Positions 51,393 through 59,780 of a stretch of 64,000 bases of DNA are shown here, piece by piece (positions within the stretch are counted from its first letter, which is position 1; every line of letters begins with the position of its first letter). The stretch covers positions 128,001 through 192,000 of the forward strand of contig OY970368.1 in assembly GCA_963718615.1 (NCBI GenBank), given 5' to 3'. The position numbers and the translations under genes are program-made. Below the pieces are notes generated by a model. That model saw nothing but the letters and a program-made list of their open reading frames with translations, did not search any database and was not told the origin of the DNA. This DNA comes from an uncultured cyanobacterium (GTDB lineage Bacteria; Cyanobacteriota; Cyanobacteriia; PCC-9006; JAAUQQ01).

Positions 51393-52679
51393 CTAAGTCA
51401 AAGCTTCAAGGTAGTCACGGATGAGGTTGCGACGGCGGGGCTGACGCAGCTTTTGCAACGCCTTGGCTTCGATTTGGCGCACGCGCTCCCGAGAGAGTTC
51501 CAGCGTCCGGCCAATTTCCGCTAGTGAGTAGGGCTGACCATCCCGTAGGCCGAAGCGCATGCGAATCACGTCGCGTTCGCGATCAGTCAGTTCCGCCAGC
51601 AGGTTGTGCAAGTCCCGGCGGAGAGATTCCCGCAGGAGCTGATCCTCCGGCGTGGCTTCGTCGGTTTCCAGTAGGTCACCCAGTTCCGTATCCTTTTCCT
51701 TGCCCACCTTGGTTTCCAGGGAAACCGAGCGGGGCACCCGCAGGAGCACTTCCCGCACCTGGGCGGGCGTCATTTCCAGCTCCTTGGCCACGTCTTCGAT
51801 GGTGGCGGTATGGCCCTTTTCCTGGGAGATTTGGCGTTGGGCCTTTTTGATTTTGTTGAGCTTTTCGGTGATGTGGACCGGTAGGCGGATGGTACGGCTT
51901 TGGGTGGCGATCGCCCGAGTAATCCCCTGACGAATCCACCAGTAGGCGTAGGTACTAAAGCGATAGCCCTTGGTGGGGTCAAACTTCTCAACCGCCCGCT
52001 CCAAACCGAGGGTTCCTTCCTGAATCAAGTCCAGGAGTTCCAAACCCCGGTTCTGATATTTCTTGGCGACAGAAACCACCAAGCGTAGGTTGGCATTAAT
52101 CATTCGCTGCTTTGCCTTTTCGCCAGCAGTTAAAGCCTTTTCCAGTTCCTCAACCGGGATTTCTGCAGCTTCGGCCCAGAGGGCTTTGCCCTTGGCCAGA
52201 GCAGGCTTGAGTTCCGCAGAAGCAATGCCTGCCGTGGCTGCCCAGCGCTCCAAAGAAGGCCGATGGCCCAGCCGAGAGCGGAGAGAATCTCGCACTTCGA
52301 CCAGCTTGACGTACTCTTGCAGCACGCCGCCTTGCTCGTTGGCAGCGACTTGGCGCAGTTCCAGCAGACTCATGTAGCGCTGAACTTTTTGGGCCTCGGA
52401 AACTTCCTCATGGCGCATGAGCAAGCGCACGCGGCCAATTTCCTGAAGGTAGAGACGGACTAAGTCGGTGGTCCGACGACCGGTTCCAACGGCAGCCGCA
52501 GCTTGGATGTCGAGGGTGGGCTCGTCTACCAGTTCTTCAGCTTCCAGTTCTTCGACAGCGGCGATCGCGTCGTTATCAATATTATCAATCTCATCACCGC
52601 CGAAAAAGTCGTCGGTTTCAGGGTCAAGAACAGCCTCATCTGAGGGTGCTGACGCTTGATAGAAGGGGAGTTCTGACAT
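51393..52679 (-). CDS. sigC: Group 2 RNA polymerase sigma factor SigC
   Basis: TDLVRLYLQEIGRVRLL..EEVSEAQKVQRY, ANLRLVVSVAKKYQNRGLELLDLIQEG, FSTYAYWWIRQGITRA, LSRERVRQIE. The insert after region 1.2 is typical of SigC. Confidence 0.88.
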   Translation of the reverse strand: MSELPFYQASAPSDEAVLDPETDDFFGGDEIDNIDNDAIAAVEELEAEELVDEPTLDIQAAAAVGTGRRTTDLVRLYLQEIGRVRLLMRHEEVSEAQKVQRYMSLLELRQVAANEQGGVLQEYVKLVEVRDSLRSRLGHRPSLERWAATAGIASAELKPALAKGKALWAEAAEIPVEELEKALTAGEKAKQRMINANLRLVVSVAKKYQNRGLELLDLIQEGTLGLERAVEKFDPTKGYRFSTYAYWWIRQGITRAIATQSRTIRLPVHITEKLNKIKKAQRQISQEKGHTATIEDVAKELEMTPAQVREVLLRVPRSVSLETKVGKEKDTELGDLLETDEATPEDQLLRESLRRDLHNLLAELTDRERDVIRMRFGLRDGQPYSLAEIGRTLELSRERVRQIEAKALQKLRQPRRRNLIRDYLEALT

Positions 52680-52839
52680 AGGTCACGCAGGTGGTTGAGG
52701 AAATGATGACTAGACTTACTCTGGTCTCACGCCCCTAGTGTTCCCAACGATGTAGACTCGTGCACAGTCTGGGAGGTTCCGGGAATCTAGGGAGGTTAGG
52801 TCGGGGAGAATCGCTTAAGTCAGTTTTATCTGACTCCGA

Positions 52840-52855
52840 TGTAAAAAAGTCTACA
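52840..52855. promoter_or_regulatory. Putative NtcA-binding site upstream of sigC
   Basis: TGTA-AAAAAGTC-TACA is a perfect TGTA-N8-TACA, ~160 nt upstream of the sigC ATG. No canonical TAN3T at +22. Confidence 0.5.
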
Positions 52856-53294
52856 TGGATAGAAAAAAGGGTTGATACAGAGAAAACACGGGAAAGTTTT
52901 ACAGGTCTAGGTCTATCCAAAGTGATCTACGGAATTATCAGCGTGATTTCCTGAAAATTAGCGAGAAAGTATCCCGAAAAAACCAGGAAGCATCTGCAAT
53001 TGAGCGGCCTGTTGGCTTTCACCCATCAGCTTCATACGTTCCTGAGCCCCCATTGACCATTTGGCAGACTTCATGATTTACATCAAAGCGTTACAAAGAC
53101 TTCATAGAGATTTTGTTTGAACTGAATTTTTCAAGTGCTTTGTGACGTCCTGAAGCTGTTCTGATTGATGTCTGATTCAGTGGACACAAATCATAGAGGG
53201 GAAAGTTCGGCTTTATTCCGACTCGTCTTCAGAATTTTGCAGAACGTGAGAATTCGCATTTAATCGCAATAAAACAGTCGCAACCAATCGCAAC

Positions 53295-53322
53295 AAAAAA
53301 GCGACCCGCTATTCGGGTCGCT
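53295..53322 (-). terminator. Intrinsic terminator of pgk
   Basis: Minus strand AGCGACCCG-AATAG-CGGGTCGCT followed by a T run. Confidence 0.85.
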
Positions 53323-53359
53323 ATCAAACCATCAAAATCAATCAATCCCTGTAGGTGCT

Positions 53360-54565
53360 TTAGGCTTCGTCAAGGGCCGCGATACCGGGCAGCTCTTTGC
53401 CTTCGAGCAGCTCTAAGCTCGCGCCACCCCCCGTCGAAATATGGCTCATTTGATCCGCAAGACCAAACTGCTCTACCGCTGCGACGGAGTCACCGCCACC
53501 AATAATCGTCGAGCAGCCACCAGGGGTTAAAGAGCCGAGCGTCTCCGCGACGCCACGGGTCCCTGCTTCAAATTTGGGAAACTCGAAGACGCCCATGGGT
53601 CCGTTCCAAATGACAGTTTTGCAATCCCCCAGCGCGGCCTGGAACGTCTTAATGGAGTCGGGTCCAATGTCCAAACCCATCCAGCCATCGGGAATGGCAT
53701 CGACGCTAACGGTTTGGGTGTTGGCTTCTTTGTCGAACTTGTCCGCAACGACCACGTCGGTGGGCAGCAGCAGCTCAACGCCATTTTTCTCAGCCAAGGC
53801 TGTCAGTTCCTTGGCCAAGTCAAGCTTGTCATCTTCTACCAGGGAGCTCCCCACGGAAATGCCGCGAGATTTGTAGAAGGTAAAGATCATGCCGCCGCCG
53901 AGGAAAAGCTTGTTGACTTTGCCCAGGAGGCTTTCGATCACGGTGATTTTGCTGGAGACCTTAGAACCGCCGACGATCGCCGCCAAAGGCCGTTCCGGTG
54001 CATCCACCGCTGCCTGCAAATACTTCAATTCTTTCTCGATCAGGAAACCAGCGACGCTGGGCGAGAGAAACTTAGTGACCCCTTCGGTGGAAGCGTGGGC
54101 GCGGTGGGCGGTGCCAAAGGCATCGTTGACATAGACATCCGCAACGGACGCGAGGGCCTGGGCAAACTCAGGGTCGTTGGCCTCTTCGCCCCCATGGAAG
54201 CGCACGTTCTCCAACAGGATGACATCACCATTGGCCATGGCATCCACTGCCGCTTTGACCGCGTCGCCAATGCAGTCGTCGGGCTTGGCCACGGGCTTGC
54301 CCAGCAGCTCCGAGAGGCGCTCGGCCACGGGGGTGAGGCGCATGCTCTCGACGACCTTGGCCTTGGGGCGACCGAAGTGGCTACAGAGAATCACTTTGGC
54401 GTCTTTGCTAATGAGATCTTGAATCGTGGGCAGGGCTGCGCGGATACGGGTGTCGTCGGTGATTTTCCCGGCGTCGTCCAGGGGCACGTTAAAGTCTGCC
54501 CGCATGAGGACGCGCTTACCGGCTAAATCGCTCGCAGAAAGATTTGCAACGGATTTTTTAGCCAC
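53360..54565 (-). CDS. pgk: Phosphoglycerate kinase
   Basis: [62 protein letters not shown]. Confidence 0.98.
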   Translation of the reverse strand: MAKKSVANLSASDLAGKRVLMRADFNVPLDDAGKITDDTRIRAALPTIQDLISKDAKVILCSHFGRPKAKVVESMRLTPVAERLSELLGKPVAKPDDCIGDAVKAAVDAMANGDVILLENVRFHGGEEANDPEFAQALASVADVYVNDAFGTAHRAHASTEGVTKFLSPSVAGFLIEKELKYLQAAVDAPERPLAAIVGGSKVSSKITVIESLLGKVNKLFLGGGMIFTFYKSRGISVGSSLVEDDKLDLAKELTALAEKNGVELLLPTDVVVADKFDKEANTQTVSVDAIPDGWMGLDIGPDSIKTFQAALGDCKTVIWNGPMGVFEFPKFEAGTRGVAETLGSLTPGGCSTIIGGGDSVAAVEQFGLADQMSHISTGGGASLELLEGKELPGIAALDEA

Positions 54566-54748
54566 AGCAGCAGGTCTCCTAACATTTTATTAAGTCTTTA
54601 TACTCATTGTCTAATAAATCGGCACCAGGGCAATGGGGATTTTGGAGCGTAAAGTTTCGCGATTAAGGTCAAACCCAGAAAACCAGGACTGCTAGACTGC
54701 GGGAGAGAAGCTTTGGGGCATTTTGAGTCCACAGGGAGGAAATGGGAG

Positions 54749-55168
54749 ATGTTCACAACCGTTCTATTTCCAATTGATCAAAGCCGCGAGTCACGAGAAG
54801 CCGTGGATGTGGTGGTTCGGCTCGTACAGATCCATCAGAGTAAGCGGCTGGTGCTGCTGTCGGTGGTGGAGCCATCTGAGGAAAAGTCCACTGAGCCAGT
54901 TCGGGCGGAGGTGATGACGTCAGCGGAGGCGATCGCCGAACTCCTCACCCAAGCGAAACAACTCTTTTCTGAGCAGGGAATTACGGCGGAAATAGAGGAG
55001 CGGGAAGGAAAACCAGCCTTTGTGATTTGCGACTTGGCCGATGAAATAGGTGCCGATCTGATTGTCATGGGCTGTCGGGGCATTGGCCTCACGGAAGAGG
55101 GGGCGGCGGAAAGTGTCACCAATCGGGTGATTAATTTGGCTCCCTGTCCTGTTTTGGTGGTGCCTTAA
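54749..55168 (+). CDS. Universal stress protein (UspA family)
   Basis: MFTTVLFPID, GKPAFVICD.A.E..ADLIVMGCRG, SVTNRVINLAPCPVLVVP. Confidence 0.92.
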   Translation: MFTTVLFPIDQSRESREAVDVVVRLVQIHQSKRLVLLSVVEPSEEKSTEPVRAEVMTSAEAIAELLTQAKQLFSEQGITAEIEEREGKPAFVICDLADEIGADLIVMGCRGIGLTEEGAAESVTNRVINLAPCPVLVVP

Positions 55169-55761
55169 TGATGGGGACTCTGCTGGGGGCTGCTGGGGGA
55201 GCCTTCCAGCAATTGTGGACGCCCATTCAAACGGCGCTTCAGCCGTTCTGGCCGCTGCTCAGTGCGGTTTTGCCTTGGGGGATTGGGGCGATCGCGCTCT
55301 ACGCGATCTGGAAAGGCATTGCGTGGCTGCTGCGATCGAGCCATCGTTCTCGTCCAGCGGTGAATAAAGCGCCTTTAGCGGAGCTCCAGCCGTTGCAGCA
55401 GCAGGGTTGGAAGTTTGAGCTGGGGAGTAGTGCGGAGACGGGCGATCGCCAGATTATCGCGCGATCGCCCCAGGGCAAAGCCTATTGCATCATTGTCAAG
55501 GCGGAGCGGGGCCGGATTGGCAGCGATGGCCGCACGGTGTTTCGGCTCTATGACCAATCGCGCCAGCCCTTTAGCTCAGACTTTATCCTTCAGACCAAGC
55601 AGCGAACCGCCAGGACCCAGCAGCGCTTGCACCTGCGCACAGCCGTAGTGCCAGTGTTGGCCTTTGCGGAGGCGGTGGTGGCGGTGGAACCCAGTCTGGT
55701 GGCAGGAGTCCATGTGGTTTCGGTAGCGGATCTGCGCAGAACCCTATTAACCCTCGGATAG
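55168..55761 (+). CDS. Membrane-anchored protein with a degenerate NERD-like domain
   Basis: N-terminal TM; TGDRQIIARSPQGKAYCIIVK...VVPVLAF...GVHVV fits the NERD layout. The start overlaps the usp stop codon. Confidence 0.6.
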   Translation: MMGTLLGAAGGAFQQLWTPIQTALQPFWPLLSAVLPWGIGAIALYAIWKGIAWLLRSSHRSRPAVNKAPLAELQPLQQQGWKFELGSSAETGDRQIIARSPQGKAYCIIVKAERGRIGSDGRTVFRLYDQSRQPFSSDFILQTKQRTARTQQRLHLRTAVVPVLAFAEAVVAVEPSLVAGVHVVSVADLRRTLLTLG

Positions 55762-55789
55762 GGGCCGATTCACTCAGGACTTATTTAAC

Positions 55790-56362
55790 TCAGGACTGAT
55801 TCAGGACACCGGGCCAGTTTTGGTTGGCCTTGGCAATATTGCCTGCAATATCCTTAGCCCATTTTTGCTGGATGTTGTTGTCGTAATTCAGATAGAGCTT
55901 GCCGTCAACAATCTTCCAGGCCGTCGGGTCCACTTCCGCCGTGTAGCCCTGACTCACCGCCCAGGCGCAGAAGCCGCCGTACTGGGGCGCATAGGCTTCA
56001 GGATTGCTGGCAAATTGGTCCCGGTGCTCGGCGGTGGCAAACTGCCAGGTCACCCCGTTCCATTCCTGGGTGAATTCAGCGCTGCCTGGAACATAGGTCC
56101 CCTCGGTAAAGTAGGCGACGGGGTCTGCACCGCGAATGGCAATGCCTTTTTCAGCAAAGTAGCTGGGCGTCGCCGATGGCGCGCCACTGGCAACCGTTGT
56201 TGCGGGAGCACCTGCCGATGAACCCGCTGAGCTGGCGGAACTACCGCCGCTTTGGACACTACAACTGGTGAGGAGTAGGAGGCTGAGACTGCCGAGGAGT
56301 AGCAAACGGCGAGAGGCGGTTTTCACCTGGGATTGAGAGAAGTGTTGAGGTCTAAGACTCAT
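55790..56362 (-). CDS. YHS-domain lipoprotein
   Basis: Lipobox LLTS-C; AIRGADPVAYF, F..NPEAYAPQYGGFCAWAV, DP.AWKIVDGKLYLNY, ANQNWP. Confidence 0.88.
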   Translation of the reverse strand: MSLRPQHFSQSQVKTASRRLLLLGSLSLLLLTSCSVQSGGSSASSAGSSAGAPATTVASGAPSATPSYFAEKGIAIRGADPVAYFTEGTYVPGSAEFTQEWNGVTWQFATAEHRDQFASNPEAYAPQYGGFCAWAVSQGYTAEVDPTAWKIVDGKLYLNYDNNIQQKWAKDIAGNIAKANQNWPGVLNQS

Positions 56363-56449
56363 GGTTGCGAAACCCTTCATGGGCGCTGAAATGATGTTGT
56401 TTCTGTTGTAATGCCCTTGCCTTAAAAACGCCTGAGAGAAAGATAGGAA

Positions 56450-56728
56450 TTGGGAAAGACAACGATGGGTATTGAAGTTGTTTCCCCCGGCGACCAAACC
56501 TCAGACAATTACCAGCGGGATTATGTTCGCAAACGCCGAGAGTATGGGCTGCGAGGGGGTTTAGAGTATTCGATTGTGGATCCAAGTTGTGAGGTTGTGT
56601 TGGTTTTGGCGCTGGAAAGGGCGGCTTACCGTGGGGTTGGAACATTTTGCGGGACAGAGCGTTTGGTGTCGCCGAGTTTTGAGGGGCTGGCGTTGACGAC
56701 GGAGCAGGTGCTGCGGGCAGGGCGGTGA
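56450..56728 (+). pseudogene. Uma2 (DUF820) endonuclease, C-terminal remnant
   Basis: IEVVSPG...RDYVRKRREY..RG..EYSIVDP...SPSF..L.LT.EQVL. The N-terminal half, including the PD motif, is absent. Confidence 0.78.
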
Positions 56729-56854
56729 CTGCGACAAAACATACAAAAATTCGTTTAGATTGGGTACACTATATTCAGTGATTCACCCCATCACAGAATC
56801 AAACATAAGGTATTATGAGCTCAAAATGACTTCTGTGGTTGGGCAGGCATCATC

Positions 56855-57145
56855 TTGAGATTCAAGTTCAAGAGGAAGAAAATAGAAGCTCTCTATACCG
56901 AGGAGAAGAATGCCCACAAGTATCCGAATGTCATAGACGATTTCTTTGATGCGATGAGTGCCATTGATGCAGCCAAGGATGAGCGCGATCTATACGCATT
57001 GAAAGGGTTTCATTTTGAAAAGCTTAAAGGGCGGCAAGGAGAGCGCTCCCTAAGGCTTAACAAACAATGGCGATTAATCGTTTCGCTAGAGGAAGATGAA
57101 GATGGGTCATATCTCCTGATCATTGATATTGAAGACTATCACTGA
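56855..57145 (+). CDS. higB: HigB-family (RelE/ParE superfamily) toxin
   Basis: FEKLKG..GERSLRLNKQWRLI..IIDIEDYH; upstream of the antitoxin as in higBA; TTG start. Confidence 0.88.
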   Translation: MRFKFKRKKIEALYTEEKNAHKYPNVIDDFFDAMSAIDAAKDERDLYALKGFHFEKLKGRQGERSLRLNKQWRLIVSLEEDEDGSYLLIIDIEDYH

Positions 57146-57172
57146 ATTTAAGGACCTACGAGGGGGAGAAGC

Positions 57173-58267
57173 ATGAGCCAAACATTAGCACCAGCAAGGG
57201 TTTCGCCGCCCGGACGTATTTTAAGCCGGGAGATTGAAGCTAGAGGATGGACCCAAAAAGATTTGGCTGAAATCATGGGTCGACCTCATCAAACTATTAA
57301 TGGAATTGTAAAGGGCAATAAGCAAATTACGCCAGAGACGGCGATCGAACTGGCCGAAGCGCTAGGAACTTCTGCTGAGTTTTGGACAAACTTAGAAGCA
57401 AAGTACCGCCTGCATATTGTCCAGAAAGAACTTCGAAATGCGGAAAGAAATAGTGAAATATTTCGCAGAAGCCGTTTGTATACTTTTGCGCCAGTAGCCG
57501 AGATGATTAAGCGGTGCTGGCTTCCCCCTAGTGATTCCATAGACGAATTAGAGGAGAAAGTTTGTCATTTTTTCGGCATTAGCCAAGTCGAAGAGTTTCC
57601 TCAGCTTGCAATCAATTTCCGGCAGTCGGGGAATCGAGATCCCAAGACTCAGGCACAAATGACCTGGGCTAAGAGGGTTGAAAATATTGTGCAGGGACAA
57701 AAGATTCCTGCTTTTGATCGAGCTAGCTTAGAAGCAGCTATTCCCGACATTTTGACTTGTGCTGCGGATGCAGAAGATATTGCGCTTGTCCCCCCCAAGC
57801 TACTATCCCTGGGAATTCATTTCGCAATTGTCCCTCATTTAGAAAGAACCTATTTAGATGGTGCTGCCTTTTACCTTGAAGATGCTCCCGTTATTGCACT
57901 CACGTTACGACATAAGCGCATCGATAACTTCTGGTTTACTCTGATGCATGAGTTAGGTCATATTGTGGCAGGACATCAAGGTCGCTATCTTGATGATATG
58001 GAGAATCTCGAAGTGGAAGAAGAAGAGGAAGAAGCCAATCGGCTCGCTACTAGTTGGTTGTTAGATAGCGCTGAAGTTGAACGATTTGTTCTTAAGAATC
58101 AGCCTTATTTTTCTTCAACAAAAGTTCAGAATTTTGCGATATCTCAGGATCGTCACCCAGGCATATTAGTGGGACGTTTACATCAAAAGAAAGTAATTTC
58201 CTACAGGAACCATAAGAAGTTCTTGGTCAAGATTGATCAGTATCTTACTGATTACATTTATCCATAG
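57173..58267 (+). CDS. higA: HigA-family antitoxin (Xre HTH) fused to an ImmA/IrrE (M78) metallopeptidase domain
   Basis: PPGRIL..E...GWTQKDLA..INGIVKG..ITPETAIELA..LGTSAEFW.NL HTH; C-terminal LDGAAF, DNFWFTLMHELGH (HExxH), EEEAN. Confidence 0.88.
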   Translation: MSQTLAPARVSPPGRILSREIEARGWTQKDLAEIMGRPHQTINGIVKGNKQITPETAIELAEALGTSAEFWTNLEAKYRLHIVQKELRNAERNSEIFRRSRLYTFAPVAEMIKRCWLPPSDSIDELEEKVCHFFGISQVEEFPQLAINFRQSGNRDPKTQAQMTWAKRVENIVQGQKIPAFDRASLEAAIPDILTCAADAEDIALVPPKLLSLGIHFAIVPHLERTYLDGAAFYLEDAPVIALTLRHKRIDNFWFTLMHELGHIVAGHQGRYLDDMENLEVEEEEEEANRLATSWLLDSAEVERFVLKNQPYFSSTKVQNFAISQDRHPGILVGRLHQKKVISYRNHKKFLVKIDQYLTDYIYP

Positions 58268-58349
58268 AACTCTGATAGGCATAGAATTCTAAGCCATGTT
58301 GTTCATCCTCATCGTGGGAATAAGGTCAAGCAAAGACTTTGGAGAAAAG

Positions 58350-59780
58350 TTAGGGTTCCAAAATTCGCAATCGCCGCAGAATTAGCTGACTCACCCGCTC
58401 TTGGCGCGTTTCAATATCCGCGCGACCTTCCAAACCGGGCTGAATCGGACAGGTCAAACTACCGCTGGTCAAAACCGTTTGCTCTGGCTCCAGGGTGACG
58501 CGGTAGGCGCGGGTGTCGCCCTGGGGTTCGGTGTCTGGGGCGATCGCCCTCACCCGACTGGGCAGCGTCCCAAAATCCGTATAGGGACAGGCCGAGATCC
58601 GCACCTGAGCCGCTTGATTCAACTGAACCTGATTAATATCCTCCGCTGACACCCAAGCCTGAATCTCCAGGGATGCCGCCTTGGGCAAAATCTCCACGAG
58701 TAAATCCCCTGGCTGAACCGTCTGACCTGCATTGCGCAGGTTAATCGCCTGGACGACCCCATCGATAGGACTGCGGAGCGATCGCCGTTCCCGTTCTTCC
58801 TCAATCCGCGCCAGCATCTGCATCGCCGTTTGCTGCTGGGCTAGGCGTTCGCTCTGCTGCTGCTGGAGTTCCTGCTGTTGCTGTTGGAGCTGGGCCAGGC
58901 GAGTTTGGACCTGAACCTGGGCTTGGGCAATGTTAGTTTGAGCGATGTCTAGGGAGGCGCTGCTGGGGTGGAGTTGGGCCTCTAGGCTGAGGAGCTGGGC
59001 TTGGGCACGCTGCAACTCGGCCTGTTTGTTGCGGACCTGTTGCTGGGCGATCGCCCCTGCATCCGCCAGCCCCTGCAATCGCCTCAGCTCATCGCTCAAC
59101 ACCGTCACATCGGTCTTGGCAATCTCAAACTGCGCCTGACGCTGAATCTGTTCCTCCCCATAGCGCTGCTGACTGAGCCGCTGTTCCGCTTGGGCCTGGT
59201 TCAAGGCCAGCGACCCCTGGGCCAATTCCGTTTGAATTTGCAGATTGAGCGCTTGGATTTGCAGATCGCCCTGACGCCGCTGGGCGGTGAGTTGCTGAAG
59301 CAAGGTTTGCTGTTGCTGCTGCTGGAGTTGGAGGTCGCGATCGTCCAGTCGCAACAACACATCCCCCTTTTTGACCGTAGCGTAGGGTTGGACCATGAGG
59401 TCGGCGATCGTACCGGGGATTTCGCTTTGGATTTGGTAGAGTTCGCCGCTGGGCCGGACGACAGCTGGCGCTTTGATGGTCGTGCGGTAGGGGGTAAATT
59501 GGACCGAAACGAAGGCAGCGGTAAGGGTGCCCAGGAGGGCGATCGCCCCCCCACTCATCCAACCCCTAACCTGGGGCAGGAGCAACTCCGACGACAACAT
59601 CGGCAAGCTTCCCGGCTGGGGCAGTTTTTCCCAGGGAGATGACGCTTGGGCAGGCGCTTCCGGCGGCAGCTTACCGCGCGATCGCAGCCCAGTGGGCCGT
59701 TGATTGGGCCGTTGATTTTTAGGAGAGGACTTGGGGCGCTGGGCGGGGGGCTGGGAAGAAGCAGAATTAGCCGGAGTCAT
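58350..59780 (-). CDS. HlyD-family periplasmic adaptor of a peptide/type I secretion system
   Basis: Single TM, VRPSGE..IQS...G.I, VKKGD.L..LDD, Gln-rich coiled coil, RSPIDG, VRISACPYTDFGTL, IQPGLEGRADI. Confidence 0.92.
   Translation of the reverse strand: MTPANSASSQPPAQRPKSSPKNQRPNQRPTGLRSRGKLPPEAPAQASSPWEKLPQPGSLPMLSSELLLPQVRGWMSGGAIALLGTLTAAFVSVQFTPYRTTIKAPAVVRPSGELYQIQSEIPGTIADLMVQPYATVKKGDVLLRLDDRDLQLQQQQQQTLLQQLTAQRRQGDLQIQALNLQIQTELAQGSLALNQAQAEQRLSQQRYGEEQIQRQAQFEIAKTDVTVLSDELRRLQGLADAGAIAQQQVRNKQAELQRAQAQLLSLEAQLHPSSASLDIAQTNIAQAQVQVQTRLAQLQQQQQELQQQQSERLAQQQTAMQMLARIEEERERRSLRSPIDGVVQAINLRNAGQTVQPGDLLVEILPKAASLEIQAWVSAEDINQVQLNQAAQVRISACPYTDFGTLPSRVRAIAPDTEPQGDTRAYRVTLEPEQTVLTSGSLTCPIQPGLEGRADIETRQERVSQLILRRLRILEP

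Noticed and set aside
53714-54526. Long antisense ORFs (this one, 40343..40918, 24750..25538, 23868..24527, 59001..59642 and similar)
   Set aside because: They lie opposite well-supported genes and are explained by codon bias. No recognisable motifs.
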